A DNA stretch of 64,000 nt from assembly GCA_030747695.1 (NCBI GenBank), contig JASLKG010000005.1, forward strand, positions 24,599 through 88,598, in the 5' to 3' direction. Origin of the DNA: Candidatus Poseidoniaceae archaeon (lineage in GTDB: Archaea; Thermoplasmatota; Poseidoniia; Poseidoniales; Poseidoniaceae). The notes under the pieces were generated by a model, which made no database searches, was not told the origin of the DNA, and was given only the letters and a program-made list of their open reading frames with translations. A program made the translations under genes and the position numbers. Of this stretch, positions 19,123 to 29,479 are shown in pieces; position 1 is the first letter of the stretch, and every line of letters starts with the position of its first letter.

Positions 19123-20085
19123 ATGTTGGGTCAAAAAATCTCACACACTATGCTAATTATTGCTATGATGGTAGCAATGACAACTGTAGCCAGCACAGCT
19201 ACAGCAGAATCAAACCATGAAGAAACATCAGATTATGATGTTTCCACACTTGATGAGGGCTATCTATTGGAAGAAGCCCTTGCAATGTTGGAAGAAGTAT
19301 CTGATGTAGAGATAATTGTTGTTACTGATGGACAAATTGCAGAAGTAACAGTGATTGTTAATTATGTAGATGGGGAAAGTGAAATGATTGAGTTTAGAAT
19401 GGATCTAGAAGAAATCAGAGAGACCCTAGCTAACCATGAGGGCGATGTCGAATGGGAATCTCAACCATCACCCCCTCCTCGCCCACAAAATGATTGTGAT
19501 AGAGGATACCTTCACGGTACAATTACTATGTTGGAAAATGATACTGGCGAGATAGATGGAGTTGTAATCAATCTAAATGGCGAAGTTGTTGGCAATATGT
19601 GGGGAACTTACGATGCTAATGGATTTGCGAGCGGATATGGCTCTTCATCAGATTCTTCGACTTCAGAGGCTGCATGGAAAGTTGTTTATGATAATGGAAG
19701 ATTTACAGGCTTTTGGGAAACATTTGATATTGGCGATGATGAAGCAAGTCATGGCAAAATGAAAGGACATTACAAAGTGAATGAGAGTAATGGAACAGGT
19801 GAATTCCATGGTAAGTGGAAAGAATATTGCCAAAAAGATGCCCAGCAACCTGTAGTGGAAGATGAAAATACAGAAGACTGGACTGATGAGGAAGAAGTTA
19901 ATGGAACTTCAGAGGATTGGACTGAAGAAGGTTCAGAGGAAATTAATGACAATTCAACATCTGAAAATGGAACGGTAATTGATGTTGGATCTATGAAAGT
20001 ACTTCCAGGATTTACTGGGGTCATAGGAATGGTTGCACTAATGGGCGGGGCGGTCCTAGCAGGACGCCGCTCTGGTTTGGCTTGA
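19123..20085 (+). CDS. Acidic secreted protein with PGF-CTERM sorting signal
   Basis: Signal peptide; C-terminal LPGF + TM + RR. Confidence 0.8.
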   Translation: MLGQKISHTMLIIAMMVAMTTVASTATAESNHEETSDYDVSTLDEGYLLEEALAMLEEVSDVEIIVVTDGQIAEVTVIVNYVDGESEMIEFRMDLEEIRETLANHEGDVEWESQPSPPPRPQNDCDRGYLHGTITMLENDTGEIDGVVINLNGEVVGNMWGTYDANGFASGYGSSSDSSTSEAAWKVVYDNGRFTGFWETFDIGDDEASHGKMKGHYKVNESNGTGEFHGKWKEYCQKDAQQPVVEDENTEDWTDEEEVNGTSEDWTEEGSEEINDNSTSENGTVIDVGSMKVLPGFTGVIGMVALMGGAVLAGRRSGLA

Positions 20086-20126
20086 GAAAGCATGGGTATT
20101 ATCACTAACAACCTTGTAGCAAGGCT

Positions 20127-20678
20127 ATGGAAGCGACACGTTCGTGGATTAGGATATTTGTATTTGTAGCTGGACCTTTAGTTCTTGTATCATATTTATA
20201 TGGTCTTTCAAGAATTGAAGATAAGATGGCCTTATGGGGAGGAATACCCTCCTCATGGGTACCTTACATAGTTCCATTTATGTTTGTAGCAGCGATTGGA
20301 TTTTTGATATATTGGTGGATTTCGTTATTTCAATTAGATGTTGAGCAATTACAATCATTTAGATGGCCTTGGTCTGATTCTGATGGTAATGGTTTGAATC
20401 GTTTATTACTTGCATATTCATTATTTTTGATTCCATCTGCATTGTGGTTGGAATCAACTTTGTTTCATATGTCTAATGAACATGGTTGGACTCCAATATT
20501 AGTGATTGGAACTTTATTTGTGGCTGCAATTGGTAATGTGATGATGGGTTTACTAGCTTACTCAGCATATCAAGATGGTATAGAAGGAGCGGGATTGATG
20601 TTTGTTGGGACAATTTTACTTGCCATTCAAGTAATTTTCAATGATCTTATTGTTTGGTCATATAAATTCCCTTGGTGA
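20127..20678 (+). CDS. Hypothetical membrane protein (~5 TM)
   Basis: Hydrophobic segments; LWGGIP motif. Confidence 0.75.
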   Translation: MEATRSWIRIFVFVAGPLVLVSYLYGLSRIEDKMALWGGIPSSWVPYIVPFMFVAAIGFLIYWWISLFQLDVEQLQSFRWPWSDSDGNGLNRLLLAYSLFLIPSALWLESTLFHMSNEHGWTPILVIGTLFVAAIGNVMMGLLAYSAYQDGIEGAGLMFVGTILLAIQVIFNDLIVWSYKFPW

Positions 20679-20682
20679 ACAA

Positions 20683-20763
20683 ATGCTTGATATGATTTCA
20701 GCAATAATTAGCTCAATCTTTGGAGCTGGAGATGCAGTCGAAGAACTACTCGAAGAAGAGTAG
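20683..20763 (+). CDS. Putative 26-aa small protein MLDMISAIISSIFGAGDAVEELLEEE
   Basis: GGTGA SD overlapping the upstream stop, ATG 20683, tandem TAG TAA stops; fills the intergenic gap. Confidence 0.55.
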   Translation: MLDMISAIISSIFGAGDAVEELLEEE

Positions 20764-20777
20764 TAATTTTACAAACA

Positions 20778-21725
20778 TCACGAACCCGTATTTACAACTG
20801 GAGTAGTATCTGTTTCAGAACAGAGTACAACTAGTAGATTACTTACCATTGTAGCTTTCTTTTCTTCATCGAGTTCAATGATTCCTTTTCCACTAAGTTG
20901 TTGTAATGCTAATTCAACCATTCCAACTGCACCATCAACAATCTCGCGACGTGCTGCTACTACGGCTGCAGCTTGTTGTCGACGTAGCATTGCTTGCGCG
21001 ATTTCAGTAGAGTAGGCAAGGTAACTAATACGTGCTTCTAGAACTTCAATACCAGCCCTTTTTAGGCGCGCTTCGACAGATGTTCGCAATTCTGTGGCAA
21101 TTACATCTTGATGACTTGAAAGTGTAATGCCTCCGATGTCTTTGTCCTCTATGGCATCATATGGGTATTGTGTTGCCATTTCTCTTAGCGCGGCCTCACT
21201 TTGGATTTGCACATAGTGGTCATAATTTTCAACTTCGAATAGTGCTTCAGCAGCATCATAGACTCTCCAAACAACTACTGCTGCTATATCAATTGGATTG
21301 GCATTTACATCATTCACCTTTAACTTACTAGATTCAAAGTTGTTAATTCGCATATTGATTCTCCTTTTTTCCAAAAATGGGTTGAGGAAGAATCTGAAAC
21401 CTTCTCTTTTTTCTGTGGAGACATATTTTCCGAAGAATAATAGTGCAATGGCTTGATTTGGGTGAACTATTGCGTAACTGTTCCAGTATAGGAACCAAGC
21501 AATCCCCAAAAGAATATGGAATATTCCGAGGAAAATAGAGATAACCGCACTATCTGCTGCGTACAATAATAGAGAAAGGACTCCTAAAAGTGGCACTAAT
21601 ATAAAGTGAATTAAGAATCCTAAAATTCCATGTATTGAATTATTTGCCTTTACATCACGAAAGTCTGGTTGAGAATCATCATGTGAGGGTTCGTTGAGAA
21701 TCATCATGGTTTGTGGGGGTTCCAT
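20778..21725 (-). CDS. SPFH/band 7 domain membrane protein
   Basis: Two TM helices, LKVNDVNANPIDI, QSEAALR, AMLRRQQA, MVSNLLVVLC. Confidence 0.9.
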   Translation of the reverse strand: MEPPQTMMILNEPSHDDSQPDFRDVKANNSIHGILGFLIHFILVPLLGVLSLLLYAADSAVISIFLGIFHILLGIAWFLYWNSYAIVHPNQAIALLFFGKYVSTEKREGFRFFLNPFLEKRRINMRINNFESSKLKVNDVNANPIDIAAVVVWRVYDAAEALFEVENYDHYVQIQSEAALREMATQYPYDAIEDKDIGGITLSSHQDVIATELRTSVEARLKRAGIEVLEARISYLAYSTEIAQAMLRRQQAAAVVAARREIVDGAVGMVELALQQLSGKGIIELDEEKKATMVSNLLVVLCSETDTTPVVNTGS

Positions 21726-21771
21726 AGTTGTCGCACTAAGTTGGGTCTAATAAAGGAACTGTTAGATAAAA

Positions 21772-22800
21772 TTAGATCCCAGGTACTGGATGTACCCAGC
21801 CGAGAACATCCTCATCGATTTCATTTTGTATATTTGTTAATGCATTGTACAATTTTATTGTTAGTTCACCAGGAGTATTGCCATCAGAATATGTAGCTTT
21901 ATTTTCACCCAATGTTATTGATCCTATGGGACTAATTACAGCAGCAGTGCCACAACAAAACGCTTCATCAGCACTCATTGCTAGTTCGTGACTAACCTTT
22001 GTCTCAACAACTTCAACACCCATCTTACGTGCAAGTTGAATTAGAGAATCTCTAGTAATTCCTGGCAATATTGTGCCAGTTAATTCTGGAGTATACAATA
22101 TTCCCTCTTTGTAACAGAAGAAATTAGCAGCTCCTACTTCTTCGATATATTTGTGATGTTCAGCATCAAGATAAATCACTTCAGCAAATCCTTTCGATTT
22201 TGCTTTCTTAGATGGCATCATCCCCGGAGCATAGTTTCCAATTGCTTTGACGCCACCCGATCCTCCGGGAGCAGCACGGTGATGTTCATCACTAATTAGT
22301 AAGTCAATACAATTCATTCCACCTTTGAAATAGGGGCCAACTGGTGTAACGTAAACCATGAATGTGTATTCTGGAGCAGGGGCAACACCTAGAACTGCAC
22401 CACTCCCATTGAGTAACGGACGTACGTAAAGTGCACCTTTGCCCATAGGAGGAATCCATCGGGAGTTTTGTTGTACACATTGTTCTACTGCATCTATGAA
22501 AATTGACTCAGGTACAGGCGGCATTTTGAGCCGATCAGCACCTCTTTGCATACGTCGTGCATTTTCTTCAGGGCGAAATAATACTACTCTACCAGCAGCG
22601 GTCCTGTAAGCTTTCAATCCTTCGAACAATCCTTGACCGTAATTGATTACTCCAGCAGCAGGCGAGATAGTTATATTTCCATATGGGAGCATATTTCCAG
22701 GAGCCCAAGGCTCATCGATTGCAGTCTTAGCGATATACATGTTATCAGTCTCTGTGATAGAGAAAGTTAGAGAGTCCCAATCCACAGGCGTTTCGCTCAT
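21772..22800 (-). CDS. ilvE: Branched-chain amino acid aminotransferase
   Basis: YGQGLFEGLKAY, LYVRP, KAIGNY, ILPGITR, GTAAVISP; start moved to ATG 22800. Confidence 0.95.
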   Translation of the reverse strand: MSETPVDWDSLTFSITETDNMYIAKTAIDEPWAPGNMLPYGNITISPAAGVINYGQGLFEGLKAYRTAAGRVVLFRPEENARRMQRGADRLKMPPVPESIFIDAVEQCVQQNSRWIPPMGKGALYVRPLLNGSGAVLGVAPAPEYTFMVYVTPVGPYFKGGMNCIDLLISDEHHRAAPGGSGGVKAIGNYAPGMMPSKKAKSKGFAEVIYLDAEHHKYIEEVGAANFFCYKEGILYTPELTGTILPGITRDSLIQLARKMGVEVVETKVSHELAMSADEAFCCGTAAVISPIGSITLGENKATYSDGNTPGELTIKLYNALTNIQNEIDEDVLGWVHPVPGI

Positions 22801-22900
22801 TGTTGTCGACCAGCAACCGGCGGTATTCAATGATTGTGCGCGAAATTGGCAAAAGTACGCTTTCGACAAGTTGTTGGGGTATTGACTCTCACCGTTCCAT

Positions 22901-25381
22901 ATGCGCCCGCCACGCTGGACCGGTGATGTAGCAATAATCACAGGCCGCTATGTTTCAAACAATGGAACTACAGTGATGGAACTCTGGGCTCGAGCCCATA
23001 CAGGCGAATCTGTGTTGTTAAGAGTTCAGGGCGAACGTCCTTGGTTTGAGATTACACCTCAAGGTCGATGGGATGATTCAAGAGTAATTGACCTAAGCCA
23101 AATCAAAGAACACGAAGATGTTACAGAGGTTGTAGGGCCTGCTGAAAAATGGACAGACCTTGGAATAAAGCCAGTTTGGAAAGTCTATGTAGACCAACCA
23201 TTCAAAGTACCAAAATTGCGTAAAGAATTTTCTGGACGTTGGACAATATTATCAGGAGATATACCCTTTGTAAATCGCTTTTTCCTAGATGGGGATTTGT
23301 CAATGCATGTTAGTGTTGATGGTGAGATAATAAATTCTGAACATCCTGTAGAGATTTGCCTTAAACTTACAATGTCAGATATTTCTAATTGTGATCCATT
23401 TCCCGCTCCTTTCAAGATATTTTCATTTGATCTTGAGACTTCTATTGCACACAATACAATCTTGTGTGCAGCAGCAGTTGTGGAAGATATGGGTTCTAGC
23501 GAAAGAACTCGTCACACCTTTATTGGTAAGGAAGAAGAGATATTGCGAGGTTTGACAGAACTTGTAAGAACAAGCGACCCTGATATAATAACAGGATACA
23601 ATATTGACAATTTCGACATGAGACGGATTGTTGATAGAGCAAATTTAATTTCCAAAAAAGATAGATCCATGAAAATAGATACAATGGGATGGGGGCGCGT
23701 TTCCATTGACGAAAAAAACCGGCAAAGAGATACATTGTTTCCTACAAGGGGTACAGCAAGAGCTTGGAATTTGGCTGGCCGATGCGTCATGGATGCATGG
23801 TGGCAAGCAAGACAGGCTTTACGCCCTCAAAGGGAGACATTAAAATTCGTCTCTAGGCTGTTATTTCCAGAAAATGAAGAAATGCAAAAGATGGATATTG
23901 ATGCTTCAAAGATGGACGAAGAATGGGAAAAACGTCCTGATGAAGTATTGGAATATTGTTTACGCGATGCCGAACTACCTCTCGATATAATGCATGAAAT
24001 TCAAGCATTTAGAAGGAAAGAAGCAATAGCATCAGTTGCAAAAGTAAGCCTTGACACTAGTGCTAATGGGACTACTTCTCAGTTAATTGATTCACTAGTG
24101 ATAAGATTAGCAGACCGGAGCGGGATTGGTGTTCCATTAACAGGTTCAGCAGATCGTAAGGAAGAGCAAATCACTGGAGGTTATGTGCACGATGTTGAGG
24201 CGGGTTTGCATCCATGGATTGCAATACTAGATTTCAAATCTATGTATCCCTCAATCATGATTGGCAACAATATTTGTTACACTACTAGAATAGATCCGGG
24301 AAGTACAGATCAACCAAACAAAGATGAATTGATTCATAAGTCTCCAACTGGTGCAAAATTTCGCAATTCGGAAAGTAGGCGAGGGATGGTACCTCAGTTA
24401 CTAGAAGACCTGATGTCACAGAGAGATGAGCATAAAGCTGGTTTGAAATCAGCCAAAGATAACAGTATCCGTTCATATCATGATCAAATGCAATACGCTG
24501 TAAAAATTCTCATGAATTCATTTTATGGAGTATTTGCCAGTGGATTTTATCGATTTACACATCGTGATTTAGGGTCTAGTATTACCGCATGGGCTCGCCA
24601 CAATATTAAACAAATCATACAAGAATTGGATAACGAGGGCCACAAAGTAGTCTATTCAGATACCGATTCAATATTTGTAAAATCTCCAGTTGACGATACT
24701 GAAAACCCGAAAGAAGTTATGATAGAATTTGGCCATGCTACAGCAAATAGATTTAGCAAAGCAAGCGCTGAATTAGAATTTGAAAAAGGCCTTTCAGTGT
24801 TTTTCAGCCACGGAGCAAAAAAACGGTATGTTGGACAAGTGGTTTGGCCAAACGAAGAGATGTTGGTTAGAGGTTATGAAACTCAAAGAACCGATTCATT
24901 TCGATATCTAACAGATGGTATGAAAGAAATGTTTAGACATGTTTTATCAGATAATTCCGAAGAAGCAATAAATTTAGCAATTGAAAAGATACAATCAGCA
25001 AAACAAGGACAGGCAAATATTCGGGATTTGATAATGAGTAAATCTTGCAAAGGCAGGTGGGATAAATCACGTAGTGAATGGGATTTTACAAAGGATTACG
25101 CAAATCCAGAATCAATGGTGCAAGTACGTGCTGCTAAGGCATTAATAGCTAAAGGACTCCCATTTACGCCTGGAATGAAAATAGCATACATTGTTACAAA
25201 TGCTAGAATAAGGCCAATGCAAATAGTCCCATGGCTTGAAGAAGATTTACCAACAAATTATGATGGGCAATTTTATGCTGAAAGATTAGCGACAGCATTT
25301 GGAAGAGTTACTGAAGCGTTTGGATGGTCAGCGAAAGAACTTTTGTCGGGAAACCGGCAAACATCACTTTTTTCGTTCTAA
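22901..25381 (+). CDS. polB: Family B DNA polymerase
   Basis: Exo motifs FDLET, GYNIDNFD, YCLRD; pol motifs DFKSMYPS, KILMNSFYG, YSDTDS, KKRY; C-terminal PIP box QTSLFSF. Confidence 0.97.
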   Translation: MRPPRWTGDVAIITGRYVSNNGTTVMELWARAHTGESVLLRVQGERPWFEITPQGRWDDSRVIDLSQIKEHEDVTEVVGPAEKWTDLGIKPVWKVYVDQPFKVPKLRKEFSGRWTILSGDIPFVNRFFLDGDLSMHVSVDGEIINSEHPVEICLKLTMSDISNCDPFPAPFKIFSFDLETSIAHNTILCAAAVVEDMGSSERTRHTFIGKEEEILRGLTELVRTSDPDIITGYNIDNFDMRRIVDRANLISKKDRSMKIDTMGWGRVSIDEKNRQRDTLFPTRGTARAWNLAGRCVMDAWWQARQALRPQRETLKFVSRLLFPENEEMQKMDIDASKMDEEWEKRPDEVLEYCLRDAELPLDIMHEIQAFRRKEAIASVAKVSLDTSANGTTSQLIDSLVIRLADRSGIGVPLTGSADRKEEQITGGYVHDVEAGLHPWIAILDFKSMYPSIMIGNNICYTTRIDPGSTDQPNKDELIHKSPTGAKFRNSESRRGMVPQLLEDLMSQRDEHKAGLKSAKDNSIRSYHDQMQYAVKILMNSFYGVFASGFYRFTHRDLGSSITAWARHNIKQIIQELDNEGHKVVYSDTDSIFVKSPVDDTENPKEVMIEFGHATANRFSKASAELEFEKGLSVFFSHGAKKRYVGQVVWPNEEMLVRGYETQRTDSFRYLTDGMKEMFRHVLSDNSEEAINLAIEKIQSAKQGQANIRDLIMSKSCKGRWDKSRSEWDFTKDYANPESMVQVRAAKALIAKGLPFTPGMKIAYIVTNARIRPMQIVPWLEEDLPTNYDGQFYAERLATAFGRVTEAFGWSAKELLSGNRQTSLFSF

Positions 25382-25435
25382 ATGTGAAACATCAGGCGCA
25401 AGAGTTGAATTGTAGCAATGTCCCCCGCACTACTG

Positions 25436-26611
25436 ATGAAGCCTATATTTGTCGTACTCTTGTTCATTTCGTCAGCACTTACTGGATGTTTAGCATCGGA
25501 TGAGGAACCAGGTGCCGATATGGAAGCAGTGTTCAGTTATTCTCCTAGTGAAAATATTCGCGAAGGCCAAAATATTGAGTTCGATGGTTCAGCATCTCTT
25601 CCGATGGGTGTATCATTAACTTACAAGTGGGATTTTCAAGATGATGGTTCAGTGGATGAAACTGGACGTTACGCATCTTGGTCTTATCCAATTGCAGGAG
25701 AATATGATGTGCGCCTCACAGTTTCTGATGGAATAAGTTCCAAATCACAAACAAGGAAAGTTACAATCATCGCAGCAGATGCAGTAATTCCTGAAGCAGA
25801 AGCAGGCTCTTTCACACCAAATTCAGATTGTGATGGCGAATCTGTAAATGGAGGATCTTATTATTTGTATTATATTTGTGAGATGGATAGAGACTTGTCT
25901 AACAAAAGAGTGGAATCAACGACTACTGTGACATTAGATGGGAGCAATTCAGACCCTGGAGCGAATGATGAGTTCATAGCTACCTGGGAGTGGGACTTAG
26001 ATCTTTACACTGATTCAGATGGTGATGGAGATCCTGAGAATGATGTTGATGATTCTGGAGAAACCGTAGAATGGAAAGAAGTAGAACCAGGAGAGTACAA
26101 GATTTCCTTAACTGTAACTAATGGTGCAGATTATACAGATACAGATGAAGTTGTTGTGTATGTCAATTATGTAGGGCAATGGAATGAATTTCAAATCGGC
26201 GGAGGATCTGGAAATAATCCTACAGATATGGAATTTAAATTCTCTGTAACTCAGGATGTGGATAATGGAAATACAATACGTCGATCTATTGGAGAACTAA
26301 TCTATCCAAAGGAAGACTCTGATTGTATTGATACCTGCCCAGGTGATTGTAATAATTGCAGAGCTAAGATCGATATATTTGGGTACAATTCTACAGATGA
26401 AGAAATAGCAAACACCTCTGAAACAGGATTAGATCAACGAACTGCAGGAGATTGTGATGACTCAACAGATTGTGTATGGTTACAATTTACAGGTTCATAT
26501 CATTTTTCCGAATCACAGCATAAAGATGGCGAGTGGACTTATATCATACGTAATGAAATGGTAAACGACCTTGAAATTGAGTCATTCGCAATACGTTTGG
26601 TCTACAAGTAA
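25436..26611 (+). CDS. PKD-domain lipoprotein
   Basis: Lipobox LTGC; FDGSAS...YKWDF...GEYDVRLTVSDG PKD repeats; DSDGDGDPEND Ca-loop. Confidence 0.85.
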   Translation: MKPIFVVLLFISSALTGCLASDEEPGADMEAVFSYSPSENIREGQNIEFDGSASLPMGVSLTYKWDFQDDGSVDETGRYASWSYPIAGEYDVRLTVSDGISSKSQTRKVTIIAADAVIPEAEAGSFTPNSDCDGESVNGGSYYLYYICEMDRDLSNKRVESTTTVTLDGSNSDPGANDEFIATWEWDLDLYTDSDGDGDPENDVDDSGETVEWKEVEPGEYKISLTVTNGADYTDTDEVVVYVNYVGQWNEFQIGGGSGNNPTDMEFKFSVTQDVDNGNTIRRSIGELIYPKEDSDCIDTCPGDCNNCRAKIDIFGYNSTDEEIANTSETGLDQRTAGDCDDSTDCVWLQFTGSYHFSESQHKDGEWTYIIRNEMVNDLEIESFAIRLVYK

Positions 26612-26700
26612 AGCGTTTATCACACCTAGATTAGTGTGATTCCGCGTCGCGGTCTTCAAATAGGGGAGTAAAGTCGGCGACCTGCAAAGGAGATAGCAAT

Positions 26701-27996
26701 ATGCCATCCGAATGGGAAGATAAATCTAAACCACACCGTAATATTGTGTTCATCGGACACGTTGATCATGGAAAGTCCACTACTGTAGGACGTCTACTTC
26801 TAGACTCTGGTCACATCGAAGAGCACGTAATTGAGAAGAACGAGAAGCTAGCCGCTGAAGCAGGTAAGGCCGGATTCGGTCTTGCTTATGTTATGGACGG
26901 TCTGAAGGAAGAGCGAGAGCGCGGTATTACTATCGACGTTGCGCACAAAGAATTCTTTACCCCAAAGTACTACTGGACTATCATTGATGCTCCAGGTCAC
27001 CGTGATTTCGTAAAGAACATGATCACTGGAGCATCCCAAGCGGATACAGCGGTCCTTCTATGTGCAGCAAATGATGGTGTAAATGCTCAGACAAAGGAAC
27101 ACGCCTTCCTTGCTAAAGTGTTGGGCGTATCTGAGTTAATTGTCCACGTCAACAAGATGGATATTTCTGGTGTTGATTGGGCTGAAGCGAAATACAAAGC
27201 GGCTTGTGACGAAGTAACTGGCCTACTAAAGATGGCTGGTTTTGGAAGTCAACTAGACCGTATACCAATGATTCCAGCATCTTCATTGAAAGGCGATAAC
27301 GTATTTACAAAGAGTGACAACACTTCTTGGTACAATGGCCCAACTTTGTTTGAGGCAATCGATTCGGCAGAGATGCCATCCAAGCCAGTAGACAAGCCAC
27401 TTCGCCTACCAATTCAAGATGTTTACAAGATTTCAGGAATTGGTACAGTACCAGTTGGTAAGATTGAGACAGGAACTCTGAATGTTGGTAAGACTGTAGT
27501 CTTTAACCCATCTCAGAAATCTGCTGAAGTCAAATCAATCGAGATGCACCACACAATGGTTCCAAAAGCAGAACCTGGCGACAACGTTGGTTTCAACGTT
27601 CGTGGTCTAGCTGCTGATGAAATCCGCCGTGGTGACGTTGCAGGATATACTGACAGTGCACCAACATTTGTCCGCCACGATGAGCACTTCGTAGGGCAAA
27701 TACAGTTGATGGATATTCCAAAGGCAGTATCAGTTGGTTACACACCAGTATTCCACGCACACACAGCTCAGGTTGCAGTCAAGTTCATGGAACTTCTAGA
27801 GAAGACCAATAAGAGTGGAAAAGAAGCAAACCCAAGTTTCCTAAAGACTGGAGATGCTTGTTTGATTCGCTTCCAACCTACTAAGCCAATGGCAATCGAG
27901 GACATGAAATCATTCCCTGAATTGTCCCGCTTCGCAATCCGTGATATGGGTAAGACCGTTGCGGCGGGCGTCTGTATCAAGATTGAGAAGAAGTGA
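26701..27996 (+). CDS. tuf: Translation elongation factor aEF-1alpha
   Basis: [38 protein letters not shown]. Confidence 0.98.
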   Translation: MPSEWEDKSKPHRNIVFIGHVDHGKSTTVGRLLLDSGHIEEHVIEKNEKLAAEAGKAGFGLAYVMDGLKEERERGITIDVAHKEFFTPKYYWTIIDAPGHRDFVKNMITGASQADTAVLLCAANDGVNAQTKEHAFLAKVLGVSELIVHVNKMDISGVDWAEAKYKAACDEVTGLLKMAGFGSQLDRIPMIPASSLKGDNVFTKSDNTSWYNGPTLFEAIDSAEMPSKPVDKPLRLPIQDVYKISGIGTVPVGKIETGTLNVGKTVVFNPSQKSAEVKSIEMHHTMVPKAEPGDNVGFNVRGLAADEIRRGDVAGYTDSAPTFVRHDEHFVGQIQLMDIPKAVSVGYTPVFHAHTAQVAVKFMELLEKTNKSGKEANPSFLKTGDACLIRFQPTKPMAIEDMKSFPELSRFAIRDMGKTVAAGVCIKIEKK

Positions 27997-28048
27997 GGCT
28001 TGAATTGTTCCGACTGGACTACGATCCGAATGGAAGAGAGGTGAAATC

Positions 28049-28378
28049 ATGGCAGCAGTGACCATCATCAAGTTGACAGGAGAGAATCATAGAGATATTG
28101 ATGCAGTAGCATCTCAGATTAAAACAATCTGCGATAATGGTGGCATCAGTCTACGTGGTCCAATTCCATTACCAACACGCCGTCTTGTGGTACCATGCCG
28201 TAAAGCACCTGATGGTGAGGGAAGTGAAACTTATGATCATTGGGAGATGCGTATTCACAAGCGTCTTTTAGAAATGGATATCACAAGTGGAAAGGATGAA
28301 AGCGCTCTAAGGCAGGTTGCTCGAATTCCAATTCCAGATACTGTTAGTATTGAATTATCAATGCGTTCAATGAATTGA
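28049..28378 (+). CDS. rpsJ: 30S ribosomal protein S10
   Basis: GPIPLPT, GEGSETYDHWEMRIHKRL; follows tuf. Confidence 0.97.
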   Translation: MAAVTIIKLTGENHRDIDAVASQIKTICDNGGISLRGPIPLPTRRLVVPCRKAPDGEGSETYDHWEMRIHKRLLEMDITSGKDESALRQVARIPIPDTVSIELSMRSMN

Positions 28379-28397
28379 TATAATCAGAAATTAAGCA

Positions 28398-29381
28398 TCA
28401 CATTGATGCTATTTCAGCTACGCCAGATTCAACGAGGTAGTTTGCAAAATTACTCTCAACAAAGTGAATGTCTCCAGCTTCTAACATAAGTTCTCCATCA
28501 GCAGTGACCATAGGGTCATCCATTGTTTGTAGAATTCTGATTCTCATTAACTCGTCATTGTCACTTTCAGAGTTGTCAGAAGTTTCTTCTGATTCAGCCC
28601 AAGCATCAAAATCCATTTCTCTTTCTTTTTTTGACGGAGCTAATTCTAGTGCAGCAGCATGATTTTCCCCTTCCTTCATTACCACAGGTGTAACATTTTG
28701 CTTTGAATCATCTACCGGAGTCAAACCTTCTAACTCTGGATATTCTTCTGCATGAGAAATTCGGGCTTCTTCATCAACTTCAATATCATCAATAGGCTGT
28801 TCATTATCTTCAAGAGCAATAACTGGAGGTCCTTGCCCTGTAAGCCCTCCAACATCTTCTACAAAATTGTCTAATTGCATTGTCCCAGGACTCAGGACTA
28901 CAGTTTTGTCATCTCCTTCAGCAGACAATCCTATTTGCATGGAATTCCAATCTACGCTTTGTTTGAATCTATCAAGTAATTGAGTTAGGCTACTGTGAAA
29001 CTCTCTTTCAGCAGGATCATGTCTTGCCCAATCTAATGCTGCAAGATTTTGACCAGTAGCGCCACCTTCACTTCTAAGCGAAATAGAAGAAGCGTGCTGA
29101 GACATGGCTACTAATCGTTTTTTTGCTAAATCTGATGCAGTTCTTCTGACATTTGCTTGGCGTTTTTGTAGCGTTTGCATTTTCAAACTAGGGCCAACAG
29201 AGCGATAAATTTCATGAATTTCCATTTCGATAGTATCTAACAATTGACCTACCTTTTTCCAGAAGTCTTGACGTGGAAGTGCTATCGGAACACTTCGCCC
29301 GGCTTGCTGTCTGTAGGTCGAAAATAGTTGTTCTTCTACCTGTTTGGCCTGAGTGGGGTCAAGGAAGACACGTTCGGCCAT
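28398..29381 (-). CDS. Probable GINS subunit Gins51 with long acidic linker
   Basis: A-domain-like LPRQDFWKKV helical region; C-terminal B-domain pattern RIRILQ...DGELMLEAGD...ANYLVESGVAEI. Confidence 0.7.
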   Translation of the reverse strand: MAERVFLDPTQAKQVEEQLFSTYRQQAGRSVPIALPRQDFWKKVGQLLDTIEMEIHEIYRSVGPSLKMQTLQKRQANVRRTASDLAKKRLVAMSQHASSISLRSEGGATGQNLAALDWARHDPAEREFHSSLTQLLDRFKQSVDWNSMQIGLSAEGDDKTVVLSPGTMQLDNFVEDVGGLTGQGPPVIALEDNEQPIDDIEVDEEARISHAEEYPELEGLTPVDDSKQNVTPVVMKEGENHAAALELAPSKKEREMDFDAWAESEETSDNSESDNDELMRIRILQTMDDPMVTADGELMLEAGDIHFVESNFANYLVESGVAEIASM

Positions 29382-29479
29382 GCTTATGCTCGTGGCGCGC
29401 CCCACCTATCAACCTTCAGCGAATTACATTAAACAAATAGTGGGAGGATTCAAACCATCAGACCTTGGGTCCACCGACG

